From a virus, in the IMG/VR virus record IMGVR_UViG_3300010401_000001, positions 1-64,000 of that record: DNA of 64,000 nucleotides; one strand, 5' to 3'. The position numbers and the translations under genes were made by a program. Under the pieces are notes generated by a model that was given only the letters and a program-made list of their open reading frames with translations, did not search any database and was not told the origin of the DNA. This document shows positions 9,191 to 18,726 of the stretch, one piece after another. Position 1 is the stretch's first letter. Each line of letters opens with the position of its first letter.

Positions 9191-9885
9191 TTACCATTGC
9201 CCTTCCGGACGCCACGCCGCGCCTTCCTCGCCGCAGCTGACTCGCTCGCCGCCTTCTGCGCCGGCGTCAGCTCGGCGATCCCGTCGTCTTCGGGCGCGTC
9301 GTCCTCGTCGTTATCCTCGTCGTCCGCCGATTCCGCGTCGCCTGCCCGTTCCGCTGCTTGGACGGCAGCGGCCTGGTCGAGCAGCGGACCGCGGCGTTCT
9401 TCGGCCACGCCCTCTACGCCCGGCAGGTACCGCTGCGCTTCTGTCGGCGTCGCCGGGCGGCGCTCGACCTCGGCCGCTTGCGCCGCCTGTGCCCTGGCAT
9501 CGTCATGAGTAGCACCCATCCCGATCGCGACGGCGAATGCGGCGCTGAGCTTGTCCGTGCGCAGCGTGTGGATCCACCCAGTTCCGTCATCGGCGCGGCG
9601 GAAGACCTCGACGCACAGCACGGTGCGATCCTGCTCGCCAGTGTGGAGCTCCCTACGCATCGTGCCGATTTCTCCCTCGAGCTCCTCGACCTGCGCTTTG
9701 TGCTTGGCCTTTAGCTTGTCGAAGTCGCCTTGCACCTGGTCGAGCAACGCCTCCTTGTCGACGCGCTGCCGGGCGATCTGCATGAATTCGGCATCGGTGA
9801 GCTCACACGGCAAGGTGCGCTTGATGCCGCGGCGCACGATGTCGCCGTCGAGGTCGATGTCCTGGAACTTGGTAGCGGTAGCCAT
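9187..9885 (-). CDS. Hypothetical coiled-coil protein with acidic tail
   Basis: AAAGGA ribosome-binding site, good codon bias. Confidence 0.75.
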   Translation of the reverse strand: MATATKFQDIDLDGDIVRRGIKRTLPCELTDAEFMQIARQRVDKEALLDQVQGDFDKLKAKHKAQVEELEGEIGTMRRELHTGEQDRTVLCVEVFRRADDGTGWIHTLRTDKLSAAFAVAIGMGATHDDARAQAAQAAEVERRPATPTEAQRYLPGVEGVAEERRGPLLDQAAAVQAAERAGDAESADDEDNDEDDAPEDDGIAELTPAQKAASESAAARKARRGVRKGNGK

Positions 9886-9906
9886 GGTCGTTGTCCTTTC
9901 GATCGG

Positions 9907-10524
9907 TCAGTGAATACAGCCGTTGGTGACGCAGCCGAGCTCGGCGCCGGCCGCTGCGAAGGTTTCGATCTGCCGCTGGTCGCGGCTGAGCAGCGTGATG
10001 AAGCTGGCGTGGGGTGGATCCTCGCCGAGCTTGGTGAGCGTGCGGCGATAGGCGATCCGTTCCGATGGGACACAGGTCGTGTGACGCAGCGGATGTGACC
10101 GCGCGCCGACGCGCTGCAACCGACTGAGCTGCTCGACGTTGAAACCGACCCAGACTGCCGCCGTTACCCAGCCCCCCAGGTAGTACTCGACGAGCACGCG
10201 CCAGAAAGCAGCGACTAGCCCCCCGCGCGGATCGCCCGGCGGGTTGATCCCAACCGTCATGGCGTGGCCCGGCGGCGCGGATCTCCGATCTGTCTTCAGC
10301 CGGTTAGGCGCTGGTGCATCGGGGTGCCACGGCGTCACCAGCGCGTCCTGGTCCGCGGTGATGATCCGTCGCGCCTGCATCAAGTCGTTCCATGCCGGCG
10401 AGGTGGCTGGGTCGAGATCAGGCGGGCCACTGAGCGTGAGATGGATCAGCGTCACGACCTCGATCGGCGTCCCGTGCTGATCGGTCTCTGCGCTGTGCTG
10501 GGACGACCTCTTGGCTGCCTTCAC
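9907..10524 (-). CDS. Phage N6-adenine methyltransferase-like protein
   Basis: TP...DLDPATS...INPPG (variant of NPPY/F). Confidence 0.65.
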   Translation of the reverse strand: MKAAKRSSQHSAETDQHGTPIEVVTLIHLTLSGPPDLDPATSPAWNDLMQARRIITADQDALVTPWHPDAPAPNRLKTDRRSAPPGHAMTVGINPPGDPRGGLVAAFWRVLVEYYLGGWVTAAVWVGFNVEQLSRLQRVGARSHPLRHTTCVPSERIAYRRTLTKLGEDPPHASFITLLSRDQRQIETFAAAGAELGCVTNGCIH

Positions 10525-12335
10525 GCGGCACCATCCACGAGTTCGTGGTTTGCGCTGTGCGCGATTGGGGACCCGTAGGACGGCGGCGCATCGCCGGATT
10601 CGTCCTGGCGCAATCCAGTGGCCTTTTCGGCCACGCCAGCGGGTGCGATTAGCCGCTTCGTATCGTGCGCCCTGGCGTTGGCAGCCGATATGTATTCCGG
10701 AGTACAAAACAACGCCTGTGGCCTCCACGACCCATGGCGAAGCATCGTGCACAGCTCCTTCGCGCGCTCGAACGTCATGGCGCGGGTGTCGATGTTCGTC
10801 CCCTGGGCGATCCGCTTCGCCTGCGCCAACGAGCAGAGCCCGCGGGCCCGGCGCGCGGCGTGCCGGCCGAGCAGCCGTGATGCGTCCGCCATCGAAAACG
10901 CCGCCGGCAGCTGCTTAACGGTCACGCCGATCTTGTCGAGCGCCCGGAGCTGCGCGTCGCTCGGCGGGCGCGTGAACATGCCCGGCTCGGGCCGCGTCGT
11001 GACGTGGAGCGCGCCCTCGTGATCATCGTCGCCGATAAACGGGTCGATCTCGGCGGCGTGGAACCGCACCATGGCGTCTTTGGCGATCTGCGCGCGACGC
11101 TTGGCGACCTCGGCGTCGGCGCTCGCGAACACGCGCTCGAGCTCGAGCTGCTGCGTCCCCAGGAGTCGATCGATTTCCTCGCGCACGTCGTCGGCCAGCG
11201 CATCTGGGCCGTGCTGGCTGCCCGCCAGGCAGTCGGCCGGGCCGATCAGCCGGTGCTTGCCCGCTGCCCCGGTGAAGTGCAGCAATAGGCAGTCGCGCTT
11301 GCCGGTCTCCGGCGATAGCCTCGTCCCGCGGCCGGCCATCTGGCAGGCGAGCGCCCAGGACTTCGTCGGCCGCGCGATCGCCACGCAGCTCGTGTGCGGC
11401 GCGTCCCAGCCGCGGCAGAGCAAGGCGCAGTTGCAGAGGAACTGGAACTCGCCTCGCTCGTACGCTTCGAGCAACCCGCGGCGATCGTCCTGCGCGGTGT
11501 CGCCGCTCACGGCGCGGGCGCATCCCGGTCGGCGATCGTTCAGCGCATCCGCGAGCGCCTCGGCGTGCTTGATGTCGACGCCGAACACAACCGTCGGCCG
11601 ATCCCTGGCTAGCTCAAGCAGCGGAACGACTACGCCGCTGATCGCGCGCTCGGTCTCCAGGATCGCCGCGAGCTGGTCCTGCGCCAGGTCGCCGCCGCGC
11701 GTCTTCACGGCCGACAGGTCGATGCCGTCAAGCACGACCCGGCGCGCGACGATCGGCGCGAGGTAGCCGTCGCGGATCGCGTCGCGGATCTCGTACCGGT
11801 ACGCGACGCTCTCGAAGATCTCGCCGAGTGCCTGCCCGTCGGCGCGGATCGGCGTTGCAGTCACGCCGAGCAGCTTTGCCGTGGCGAAGTGGTCGATGAT
11901 CGCGCGCCAGCTCGGCGCCATCGCCAGGTCGGCCTCGTCGGCGATCACCAGGTCGAAGTGGTCACGCGGGAAACGGGTCAGCCGGGCGCCGCGCAGGGAC
12001 TGCACCGACGCGATCACGACCTTGGCGCTCAGGCCGGCGCGCTCGCGGGCCTTCTCGATGTCGGCGACGATGCCAATCGCTTCGAGCTTGCGCTGCGGCT
12101 GGCGGATTAGCTCGTCGCGGTCGGCGAGGATCAGCGTGCGGCCGCCGTTGAGCTTGCAGCGCCGGGTCCGCTCGACGAACGACGTCGTCTTGCCCGTCCC
12201 CGTCGCCATCACGAGCAGGGTCGAGCGCACGCGCGCCAGCTCGCGATCGATCGCCGCATCGGCCGCAAGCTGATAGGGCCTTAGTTGTGGTCTGTAGCCC
12301 CCAACTTCTGACTGTGGTCTGTGGCCCCCAGTCAT
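10521..12335 (-). CDS. DEAD/DEAH-box SF2 helicase
   Basis: LRPYQ, MATGTGKT, DEAD, TATP, QMAGRGTR. Confidence 0.92.
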   Translation of the reverse strand: MTGGHRPQSEVGGYRPQLRPYQLAADAAIDRELARVRSTLLVMATGTGKTTSFVERTRRCKLNGGRTLILADRDELIRQPQRKLEAIGIVADIEKARERAGLSAKVVIASVQSLRGARLTRFPRDHFDLVIADEADLAMAPSWRAIIDHFATAKLLGVTATPIRADGQALGEIFESVAYRYEIRDAIRDGYLAPIVARRVVLDGIDLSAVKTRGGDLAQDQLAAILETERAISGVVVPLLELARDRPTVVFGVDIKHAEALADALNDRRPGCARAVSGDTAQDDRRGLLEAYERGEFQFLCNCALLCRGWDAPHTSCVAIARPTKSWALACQMAGRGTRLSPETGKRDCLLLHFTGAAGKHRLIGPADCLAGSQHGPDALADDVREEIDRLLGTQQLELERVFASADAEVAKRRAQIAKDAMVRFHAAEIDPFIGDDDHEGALHVTTRPEPGMFTRPPSDAQLRALDKIGVTVKQLPAAFSMADASRLLGRHAARRARGLCSLAQAKRIAQGTNIDTRAMTFERAKELCTMLRHGSWRPQALFCTPEYISAANARAHDTKRLIAPAGVAEKATGLRQDESGDAPPSYGSPIAHSANHELVDGAA

Positions 12336-12363
12336 AGCGCCACACACTTACCCGGGATCTTCC

Positions 12364-12504
12364 ATCCGTTCCCGCATCCGTTCCCGTTCTGATCCGTTCC
12401 CGAGACTGTCATCCGTTCCCGCCTTCGGCGGGAAACAGACGGGAACGGATGACGCGGGAACGGGTCGGATGAGCTAAGTCCTTTGGGAACGGATGGGAAC
12501 GGAT
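12364..12504. repeat. Iteron-like array, probable replication origin
   Basis: ATCCGTTCCC at 12364, 12376, 12392, 12411; inverted GGGAACGGAT at 12441, 12456 (1 mismatch), 12485, 12495; central CCCGCC-TTC-GGCGGG hairpin. Confidence 0.8.
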
Positions 12505-12507
12505 GGG

Positions 12508-14160
12508 TCAAGATCCACCTCCAGTGATGGGCACGAATATTGCCCGTGTTCGCCACGAACCACCTTCGTGGCGCCGGACACTGTCCGCGCGCACCCTGCC
12601 GGCATGGATCAGCCGGTCAAGCGCGGGGCGGACTTCTAGCCGACGGACGTTGCATGAGGTCTTGAGCTGCTCGAGCGTGCACAGATCACCCGCGCCACCG
12701 GTGTGGAGCTCGATGAGCTTCGCATGGACGCGCTCATCCACCGAATTACCCCCCTCGCCACCGCTGGACGTGGCTCGGGCAGCCTTGCGCTCGGCCTGCT
12801 TTTCGCGACGCTTGGCGGCGATCTCGTCGTGAATCGCCTCGGTCTCGCCGCGATATGAGAGCTGCGCCGTCCAGCGGTTATCGACCTGTGCTCGGTCGAA
12901 CCCAATCACGAAGTCTTCGCGTTGCAGGTCGAGGTTTCCGCGCATGCGGACGTCGCTGAGCTTCGTGGCGTCCGGGCTCTCGAGGGGCCGCATCAGCACC
13001 AGGTGACGCGCCGACGCGACCAGGTCGCCGCTGCCGCGGATAAGCTCGAACGGATCGCCATCGCTGCGCTTGCCGGGCGCGATCGGCCCGACCTTGTTCG
13101 TGTGGTGCAAGAACTCGATGGACGCGCCGACGTCGGTGCATAGCTTGCACCACATGTCGCCGAATCGCTTGGCGTCTTTGATCGCGTTCTGGTCGCCCGC
13201 CATGACGCGCGTCAAGTTGTCGATCAGGACGAGAGTGGGCTTCCACGCCTTGAGCTCGGCGGCGAACGCGCGCTCGTCACCCGGCAGCGAAAGTGGCTCG
13301 CGACCTACCGATAGGTGTGCGCGAAGCGTCGAGTCGTTTGGCGTGATGCCGCGGGCCCGCGCGAGCTCCCAGACGCGCTTGCGCAACCGGCGCTGACCGT
13401 CCTCGAACGCAAGGCACAAAACCCGCGCCGGGCCGCCCATGGTGTTCGCGAACCGGTCGAGCCAGTCCCGCCCCAGCGCGACGTCGATGCCGAGCCCGAG
13501 CATCGCCCACGTCTTTCCGCACTTGGGTGGCCCGGCGAACAACCCCGCTTCGCCGCGGGGGATGATGTCGCGGATGACCCAGTCCGCGGCATCGTCGTCG
13601 TCGGGCTCCTCGTCTCCCAGGAACGCATCAAGCGGCAAGATCCAGCGCGCCTTGGGAGCCGGCGGTACCACTGGTTGCGCCGGCTCTGCGTCGCGCAGCG
13701 CGAAGTCGTTGATCTCGTGCTCGGCTCGGATCGCCTCGTCAGCCGCGGCGATCGCGTCCTCCCGGCGCGCGGCGAGACCGAGCAGCTGCGACGCCCAGCC
13801 GATGATCGGAAGCTCGCCATCAGGGAGCGGAGTGGCGACGATCCGATCGAACCAGGCGAGGTCGCCTAGGTGCGGATGGTCGCTGAGCTTGCGCGTCGGA
13901 TCCGTCTCGTAGTCCAGCCAGGTCTCCGCGAGCTCGGCGCGGACCGCGGCCGCGGTGACCGGTACGCGGCGCGCCTGTAGGTTGCGAATCGCGCCGAACG
14001 CGGCATAGGCATGCGGATCGGCGAGGTCGCGCTGCGCAACATCGACGGAGCGATCGACGAACTCGAGCCGCGTCGGGTCGGATAGCACCGCGGCGACGAA
14101 GAGCCGCTCGAGCTCGGCGTCCACGAGATGGACGGCGTGGCCGTTCGTCTCGGCGGTCAC
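12508..14160 (-). CDS. RecA-family (AAA_25) replicative helicase with DnaB-like N-terminus and probable C-terminal wHTH
   Basis: DAELERLFVAAVL; AGPPKCGKT Walker A; LVLIDNL; FLHHTNK; RGSG. Confidence 0.85.
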   Translation of the reverse strand: MTAETNGHAVHLVDAELERLFVAAVLSDPTRLEFVDRSVDVAQRDLADPHAYAAFGAIRNLQARRVPVTAAAVRAELAETWLDYETDPTRKLSDHPHLGDLAWFDRIVATPLPDGELPIIGWASQLLGLAARREDAIAAADEAIRAEHEINDFALRDAEPAQPVVPPAPKARWILPLDAFLGDEEPDDDDAADWVIRDIIPRGEAGLFAGPPKCGKTWAMLGLGIDVALGRDWLDRFANTMGGPARVLCLAFEDGQRRLRKRVWELARARGITPNDSTLRAHLSVGREPLSLPGDERAFAAELKAWKPTLVLIDNLTRVMAGDQNAIKDAKRFGDMWCKLCTDVGASIEFLHHTNKVGPIAPGKRSDGDPFELIRGSGDLVASARHLVLMRPLESPDATKLSDVRMRGNLDLQREDFVIGFDRAQVDNRWTAQLSYRGETEAIHDEIAAKRREKQAERKAARATSSGGEGGNSVDERVHAKLIELHTGGAGDLCTLEQLKTSCNVRRLEVRPALDRLIHAGRVRADSVRRHEGGSWRTRAIFVPITGGGS

Positions 14161-15140
14161 GGTGTGGACCCCAGCGGGAGATCGGCCTGCGATGCGACAC
14201 CCAGGCAGTGCGGCGAGAACCAGATACGTTCCTTCGCGGACGACCACGCAGAGCTGTTGCCCTTCCACGCGACGCACGTCCACGTCGCCGGCATGTGTTG
14301 GCCGTGCTCGGTGTCCCAGCCGCAGAGCGCGATCCGCAACGCCGGGTTGTCGCCGTTCTCGAGTGCCCAGGCACGGACCGCGGCCGACAGGTCCGGGTCG
14401 TCCTCGCGGTAGAGCCGCTTCTCGCGCTCGTCGTGGGCGTAGGGCGGATCGAGCAGAACGCCGCACGGGGTCATCCCGTGCGCGGTGTCGATGCCGAGCG
14501 TCGACCGGCCAAGCACGCGGGTCCAGTCGCCGCAGCAGATCCGGACGCCGCGCAAGCGATCGGCGAGTACTCCGAACAGCTCGGCGAGCGGAAGCGCGCC
14601 GGTGCGGTGCACGCCCTTGCCGCGGTGGGTGAGCGGTTTTTTTCGGCTGGGCGCGTTGATGCCACGCCCCGGAGTTCCAACCTCTGGCATCGAGCGATGC
14701 AACGGTCGGCCGATCCGCTCGTCGGCCGAGCACCACCCGTTGCCGATCCATGTGGAGATGCCCCAGACCCACCACCCGGCGATCTTCGGGTCGGAGTACT
14801 CGGGGTCGGCGATGAGCTTCTCGAGCAATGCCGGCACCTTAGCCACGAGCCAGCGGTGGCGAGCATGAAGGTCGGCCTCGTTGACCGGCCAATCCGTCCA
14901 CCGCGCCACCTCGTCAGGTGTCGAGCGTGTCGCGCGCCAAAAGTTCGCGATCAGGCCGTCCTTGTCGTTGGCGGTCTCCACCTTGCCGGCGCCGCCGGGC
15001 CGAGCGAGCAACACAGCGAGGCTACCGGCGAACGGCTCGACGTAGTTTGGGACGTCGCCGAACGCGCGCCAGATCAGCGCAGCCGCGCGGCTCTTTCCGC
15101 CGAACCATGGGAACGGCGCTCGAAGCTGTCCTGGTGTCAC
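14157..15140 (-). CDS. DNA adenine methyltransferase (Dam/D12 class)
   Basis: PFPWFGGKS, YVEPFAGS, LLDPPY. Confidence 0.9.
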   Translation of the reverse strand: MTPGQLRAPFPWFGGKSRAAALIWRAFGDVPNYVEPFAGSLAVLLARPGGAGKVETANDKDGLIANFWRATRSTPDEVARWTDWPVNEADLHARHRWLVAKVPALLEKLIADPEYSDPKIAGWWVWGISTWIGNGWCSADERIGRPLHRSMPEVGTPGRGINAPSRKKPLTHRGKGVHRTGALPLAELFGVLADRLRGVRICCGDWTRVLGRSTLGIDTAHGMTPCGVLLDPPYAHDEREKRLYREDDPDLSAAVRAWALENGDNPALRIALCGWDTEHGQHMPATWTCVAWKGNSSAWSSAKERIWFSPHCLGVASQADLPLGSTP

Positions 15141-15940
15141 GCGACCCCCAAAAACTTCGGGTACGGCTGCGCGGCAGCGGTGAGGACCTCTCGCCGCCGG
15201 CGGAGATCGAGGCACCACAGGTAGCGGTGGTTGCCGTGGTGGCGCATCGGTCGAGTCAGCCGAGCGCGCCACAGGCGAAGCCACGCGAGCGCGTCCTCGC
15301 CGGGACGCAGCGGGTCGGCGCCCCACCGCTCGAGCTCGGCCGCCGCGTACCGCCTGCCCTGCTCGCCGCGCACCAGCTTGCCGGCGGTCCGGTTGCTGTA
15401 GCAGGTGCCGTCTGGCAGTAGCCGAAGCGTCGCCGGGTTGGTGCGGCCGACATACCGGCCGTTGGTTGCCTGGTAGACGATTCCGAGGTGCCCGCGGTGG
15501 ACCGCGGCGCCGGCCAGGGTGGTTCGCGGCTGCGGGTCGGCGCAGGACTCGACGGCGACCACGCCGCGGGCGCGCAGGAACTCGAAGCATCGAGCCACGA
15601 AAAAGCTCTCGCCGTTGCCGGGAACGTCGTCGACCAGGACAAGCCGGCCGAGCGTTACGGCCTGGCCGATCGCCAGCGTGGGCCACACGGCGCGATGCGC
15701 GTTCATCGACGCCGGCGGACCGAACAGCGCGACGCCAACAAGGTCGGCGCGGAGGTACAGTCCGAAGCGGTGAGCGGTCGAGCTGGCCCGGCCGGCGTAG
15801 TGGTGTCGCTCGACGAACGCGCGGGCCTCGGCGGCGCCAGCGATGGGCGCGACGTCGTAAGCTGACGTCCGGACCGTCTCGCCGGCGGGACGCCGCGACT
15901 CGCGGCGCTCGGTCCAGCGCTGGACGAAGTCGACGATCAC
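15137..15940 (-). CDS. mom: Mom-family adenine modification protein (GNAT fold)
   Basis: AFVERHHY, LVGVALFG, LGRLVL...NGESFF, ADP, HLGIVYQATN. Confidence 0.8.
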   Translation of the reverse strand: MIVDFVQRWTERRESRRPAGETVRTSAYDVAPIAGAAEARAFVERHHYAGRASSTAHRFGLYLRADLVGVALFGPPASMNAHRAVWPTLAIGQAVTLGRLVLVDDVPGNGESFFVARCFEFLRARGVVAVESCADPQPRTTLAGAAVHRGHLGIVYQATNGRYVGRTNPATLRLLPDGTCYSNRTAGKLVRGEQGRRYAAAELERWGADPLRPGEDALAWLRLWRARLTRPMRHHGNHRYLWCLDLRRRREVLTAAAQPYPKFLGVA

Positions 15941-16209
15941 TCGCCAGCCTCCATGGTGCGACGGAGTCGTTCGCGATCTCGCTCAGCTGAGTTGACTTCT
16001 CCGGACACCGCGGTCGGCAAGTAGTAGGTCGGTACAGACCCCCAGAATGGCGATCTCCGCATCGCGCGAGCGATCCGTGAGAAACGCGCGTCCTCGGGTT
16101 CTCCGTCGAGGTGATCGAACACCCGCGCCGGGCGTTGCGGGCATGACCGCTGGTGGCCGCCGTTGCCGGATCCCGGATCGCCACAACACGCAGGAGATGT
16201 CACGATCAC
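15937..16209 (-). CDS. Hypothetical protein
   Basis: GTGA-coupled on both sides. Confidence 0.5.
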   Translation of the reverse strand: MIVTSPACCGDPGSGNGGHQRSCPQRPARVFDHLDGEPEDARFSRIARAMRRSPFWGSVPTYYLPTAVSGEVNSAERDRERLRRTMEAGE

Positions 16210-16412
16210 GGCCTCCACCGCGCCGGCAGCTTCGATGCGCACCACGCCGCTTCGGCGATGCCGACCACGGCGATCGCCGCGACCCACCACCATCCAAGCC
16301 AGCTGCCGACCGCATAGAGCATCACGGCTCCGGCGATCACGGCGCGAACCGGGCCGCCTACGGTCGCAGCAAGCAAGGCATTGCCGACGAGGTCGAGCGC
16401 GCGGCGGATCAC
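16206..16412 (-). CDS. Small membrane protein
   Basis: Hydrophobic helices; coupled ORF. Confidence 0.55.
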   Translation of the reverse strand: MIRRALDLVGNALLAATVGGPVRAVIAGAVMLYAVGSWLGWWWVAAIAVVGIAEAAWCASKLPARWRP

Positions 16413-16627
16413 GGCTCGACCTTCCAGACCAGGTGCCAGTACGCCTCGGTCTGCTCGTACGCCGCGACGTCGAGAGCGATCACCGCCAGCGCCGCGGCGA
16501 GCTGCGGCACATCGCTGAGCTTGGCGGTCGGCGATGCGACGCGCGCGGCCGGCGCGGAGCCGGATCCCGCGCGCGCTGCGGGCGCCAAGCCAGCCGTACA
16601 GCCATGTCCGGCTCGGCGCGACCTCAC
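16409..16627 (-). CDS. Hypothetical protein
   Basis: Coupled ORF. Confidence 0.45.
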   Translation of the reverse strand: MRSRRAGHGCTAGLAPAARAGSGSAPAARVASPTAKLSDVPQLAAALAVIALDVAAYEQTEAYWHLVWKVEP

Positions 16628-16821
16628 CTCGAGCACCGCACCACGAAGATGGTTCCGATCCGTGCTCCGTCATGGTCGACCGAGCCGGACGCCCCGCACT
16701 GCCAGCATTCGAAGCTCCGTCTCTGCCGGAGCGGAACGTGGCCGAGTGCCCGCGCCGCATCAGCGCCAGCGATGACGGGGTCGACGCCCTGCTCGAGTCT
16801 CCGTTTCGCCGTCCGGGTCAC
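16624..16821 (-). CDS. Small CxxC protein
   Basis: GH...CWQCG...C; coupled ORF. Confidence 0.5.
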   Translation of the reverse strand: MTRTAKRRLEQGVDPVIAGADAARALGHVPLRQRRSFECWQCGASGSVDHDGARIGTIFVVRCSR

Positions 16822-17114
16822 GGGTCGACTCCGACGTAGAAATCGCCGTAGCGGCGAAGCTGGCAATCGCGCATCAGCACGCGAAGCGCGTGGCCGATGC
16901 TGGCATCCGAGCATGCACCCCAGTCCTCGCGGAGCCCCCTGGAAATCTGGTCGCGCGTCAGAGCGGCGGCTCCGACGATATCGAGGATGGCCGCTCGCAT
17001 ACTTCCGAGCTCGCGAGCGCGGCGCTCCTCGGGTGTTGCGATGCTTTCCCCGTACGGCTTGCGCCAGCTGGGAAGTGCGGCGTAGGCCCTGGCTGAGGCG
17101 GTCGGTTCGCTCAT
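16818..17114 (-). CDS. Winged-helix DNA-binding protein
   Basis: LTRDQI...SDASIGHALRVL; similar motif in the 26861-27298 product. Confidence 0.55.
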   Translation of the reverse strand: MSEPTASARAYAALPSWRKPYGESIATPEERRARELGSMRAAILDIVGAAALTRDQISRGLREDWGACSDASIGHALRVLMRDCQLRRYGDFYVGVDP

Positions 17115-17383
17115 GCTGGCACCGCCCAGCCTTGCGCAGAATCAGCTCCGCGCCTGGCGCGCTCGATCGCAGCAACGATGCGGCGGTCGGCGATGCGGCG
17201 ACCCGTCGAGTCCCAGAGCCAGAGTCGTCCGCCGGACGGAGCCGCGGTAGCGCACGCCAGGCCATCGATCAATCGAGCACCGAACAGCATGCGGTCTATC
17301 CAGCTCGGTGCGCTCCAAACATGGGCGAGAGCCATCGCCTTGTCGATGAAGGTCACGGTGATCGTCATGCGAACCTGAACCAT
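17111..17383 (-). CDS. Hypothetical protein
   Basis: First gene after the terminator; coupled. Confidence 0.55.
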   Translation of the reverse strand: MVQVRMTITVTFIDKAMALAHVWSAPSWIDRMLFGARLIDGLACATAAPSGGRLWLWDSTGRRIADRRIVAAIERARRGADSAQGWAVPA

Positions 17384-17509
17384 TCCTGAATGGGCCAGAT
17401 GCGGTGCAGCGCTTGGTGGTTTGGAATATCATCGAGCATGTCGGTGCCAATCCTGCGCAGCATCAGACGTGATTACTAGTCGATGCTTTGTCGTAACTAT
17501 TTGGAACAC

Positions 17510-17536
17510 AAAATAAATCGTCCGTATTGCGGACGA
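17510..17536 (-). terminator. Rho-independent terminator after the cro-like gene
   Basis: TCGTCCG-CAATA-CGGACGA hairpin followed by TTTATTTT on the minus strand. Confidence 0.7.
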
Positions 17537-17578
17537 GTCAGTAGTGCTCTATGACTGCTGGGATGGGAGATGGAGAGT

Positions 17579-17800
17579 TCACGACGCCCCCTGATGCAGG
17601 GCGTCGATCGTGGTCCCGAGGTACTTGGCTAGGGCGCGCTGATGCGGCGCGCTCGGGAATTTGTGGCCGTGCACCCAGTGCCATACCGCGCCGCGGGTAA
17701 CCTCTAGGTCGTTCGCCACCTTCTGCTGGCTCAGACCCTCGGCCTCCATCTTCCGGAGCAGCAGCTGTCCAAGCGTTGGAGGAGGTCGATTCGTCGCCAT
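17579..17800 (-). CDS. Cro-like XRE HTH protein
   Basis: GLSQQKVANDLEVTRGAVWHWVHG...P. Confidence 0.85.
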   Translation of the reverse strand: MATNRPPPTLGQLLLRKMEAEGLSQQKVANDLEVTRGAVWHWVHGHKFPSAPHQRALAKYLGTTIDALHQGAS

Positions 17801-17808
17801 CGTCCGAT

Positions 17809-17859
17809 GTCTACCTTTCGTAGACCTTTACCGTCAAGCATGGTCTACGAGAAGTTCAC
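17809..17859. promoter_or_regulatory. Operator pair in the divergent immunity region
   Basis: GTCTAC-CTTTC-GTAGAC (17809-17825) and GTCTAC-GAGAA-GTTCAC (17843-17859) flank a leftward TTGACG. Confidence 0.75.
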
Positions 17860-17886
17860 AACTACCTGTGTTAACAGGGATTCATT

Positions 17887-18264
17887 ATGTCACGAGCCAG
17901 ACACCTCAGACCGTTCCCGAAGGGCCAGCGCTGGCAGATGACCGAGGCTTGGAAGGCCCAGGTTCGATCCCAGCTCCAGGAGCGAGGCGTCGGCCAGGAC
18001 TGGTTGGCGCAGCAGGTAGGAGCAGCTGGCCGTGGCACAATCTCGAAGCTCCTCAAGCGCACCGCAGAAGGCGCCCCTGCTCAGGTTGGAAGTTCTCTCG
18101 TACCTCGCATCTGCGAAGTACTCGGCCTTCCACTTCCACTCGTTGCAGCTCCCGACGAGAAGACTTCACGCGTCATCGATTTGATGGCTAAGTCTTCGGA
18201 AGAAATGAAGGACGCGATCATCAGGATGCTTGAAGCTGCCGTGAAGACGTCTAACTCGCGTTAG
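17887..18264 (+). CDS. CI-like XRE repressor without peptidase domain
   Basis: GVGQDWLAQQVGAAGRGTISKLL; divergent from the cro-like gene. Confidence 0.7.
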   Translation: MSRARHLRPFPKGQRWQMTEAWKAQVRSQLQERGVGQDWLAQQVGAAGRGTISKLLKRTAEGAPAQVGSSLVPRICEVLGLPLPLVAAPDEKTSRVIDLMAKSSEEMKDAIIRMLEAAVKTSNSR

Positions 18265-18460
18265 AGCTTGCGCGCCGACGCACGGGGGTGGCAAATTGGG
18301 CCGATGTTCGTTCGATCGGCGTGTGGGGATAGCAGATCCGCGCAGCGCGATGACCGCCTGCTTGCCCTGGTATCTCGTCTCCGGGTCGACAACCCAGACG
18401 CGCTTGAAGCGTTGATTGCTCTATGGTCTCGGTTGGTTGAGAAAAAGTAGACGATTCTTC

Positions 18461-18493
18461 TTGCAGATCACGATGCGTCTACGCATAGTAGAC
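18461..18493 (+). promoter_or_regulatory. Rightward early promoter with operator
   Basis: TTGCAG-17-CATAGT overlapped by GTCTAC-GCATA-GTAGAC (18477-18493). Confidence 0.75.
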
Positions 18494-18495
18494 GC

Positions 18496-18726
18496 ATGAG
18501 CGACACCGAGCTCCTCGAGCAAGCCAGGAAGAAGCTACGCGGTGTGGCGCGCGCCTACGGTCGCGCCGCTGACGGGCCAGGCCGCGATGCGGCGATCGTC
18601 GAGCTCGAGTGCGCCGCACTGGTCATGATTCTCGCAGCCGCTCGGAAGCGTCTCCAGCTGCCGCGAAGCGTCGAAGGACATCTTGCCGAGGCGTTTACCG
18701 CCGCCAAGACGGAGCTCGGGCTGTGA
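18496..18726 (+). CDS. Hypothetical protein, probably leaderless
   Basis: ATG 6 nt after the -10 box. Confidence 0.65.
   Translation: MSDTELLEQARKKLRGVARAYGRAADGPGRDAAIVELECAALVMILAAARKRLQLPRSVEGHLAEAFTAAKTELGL

Noticed and set aside
12364-12504. CRISPR array
   Set aside because: Repeats are 10 bp, irregularly spaced, in both orientations, with no spacer-length gaps.
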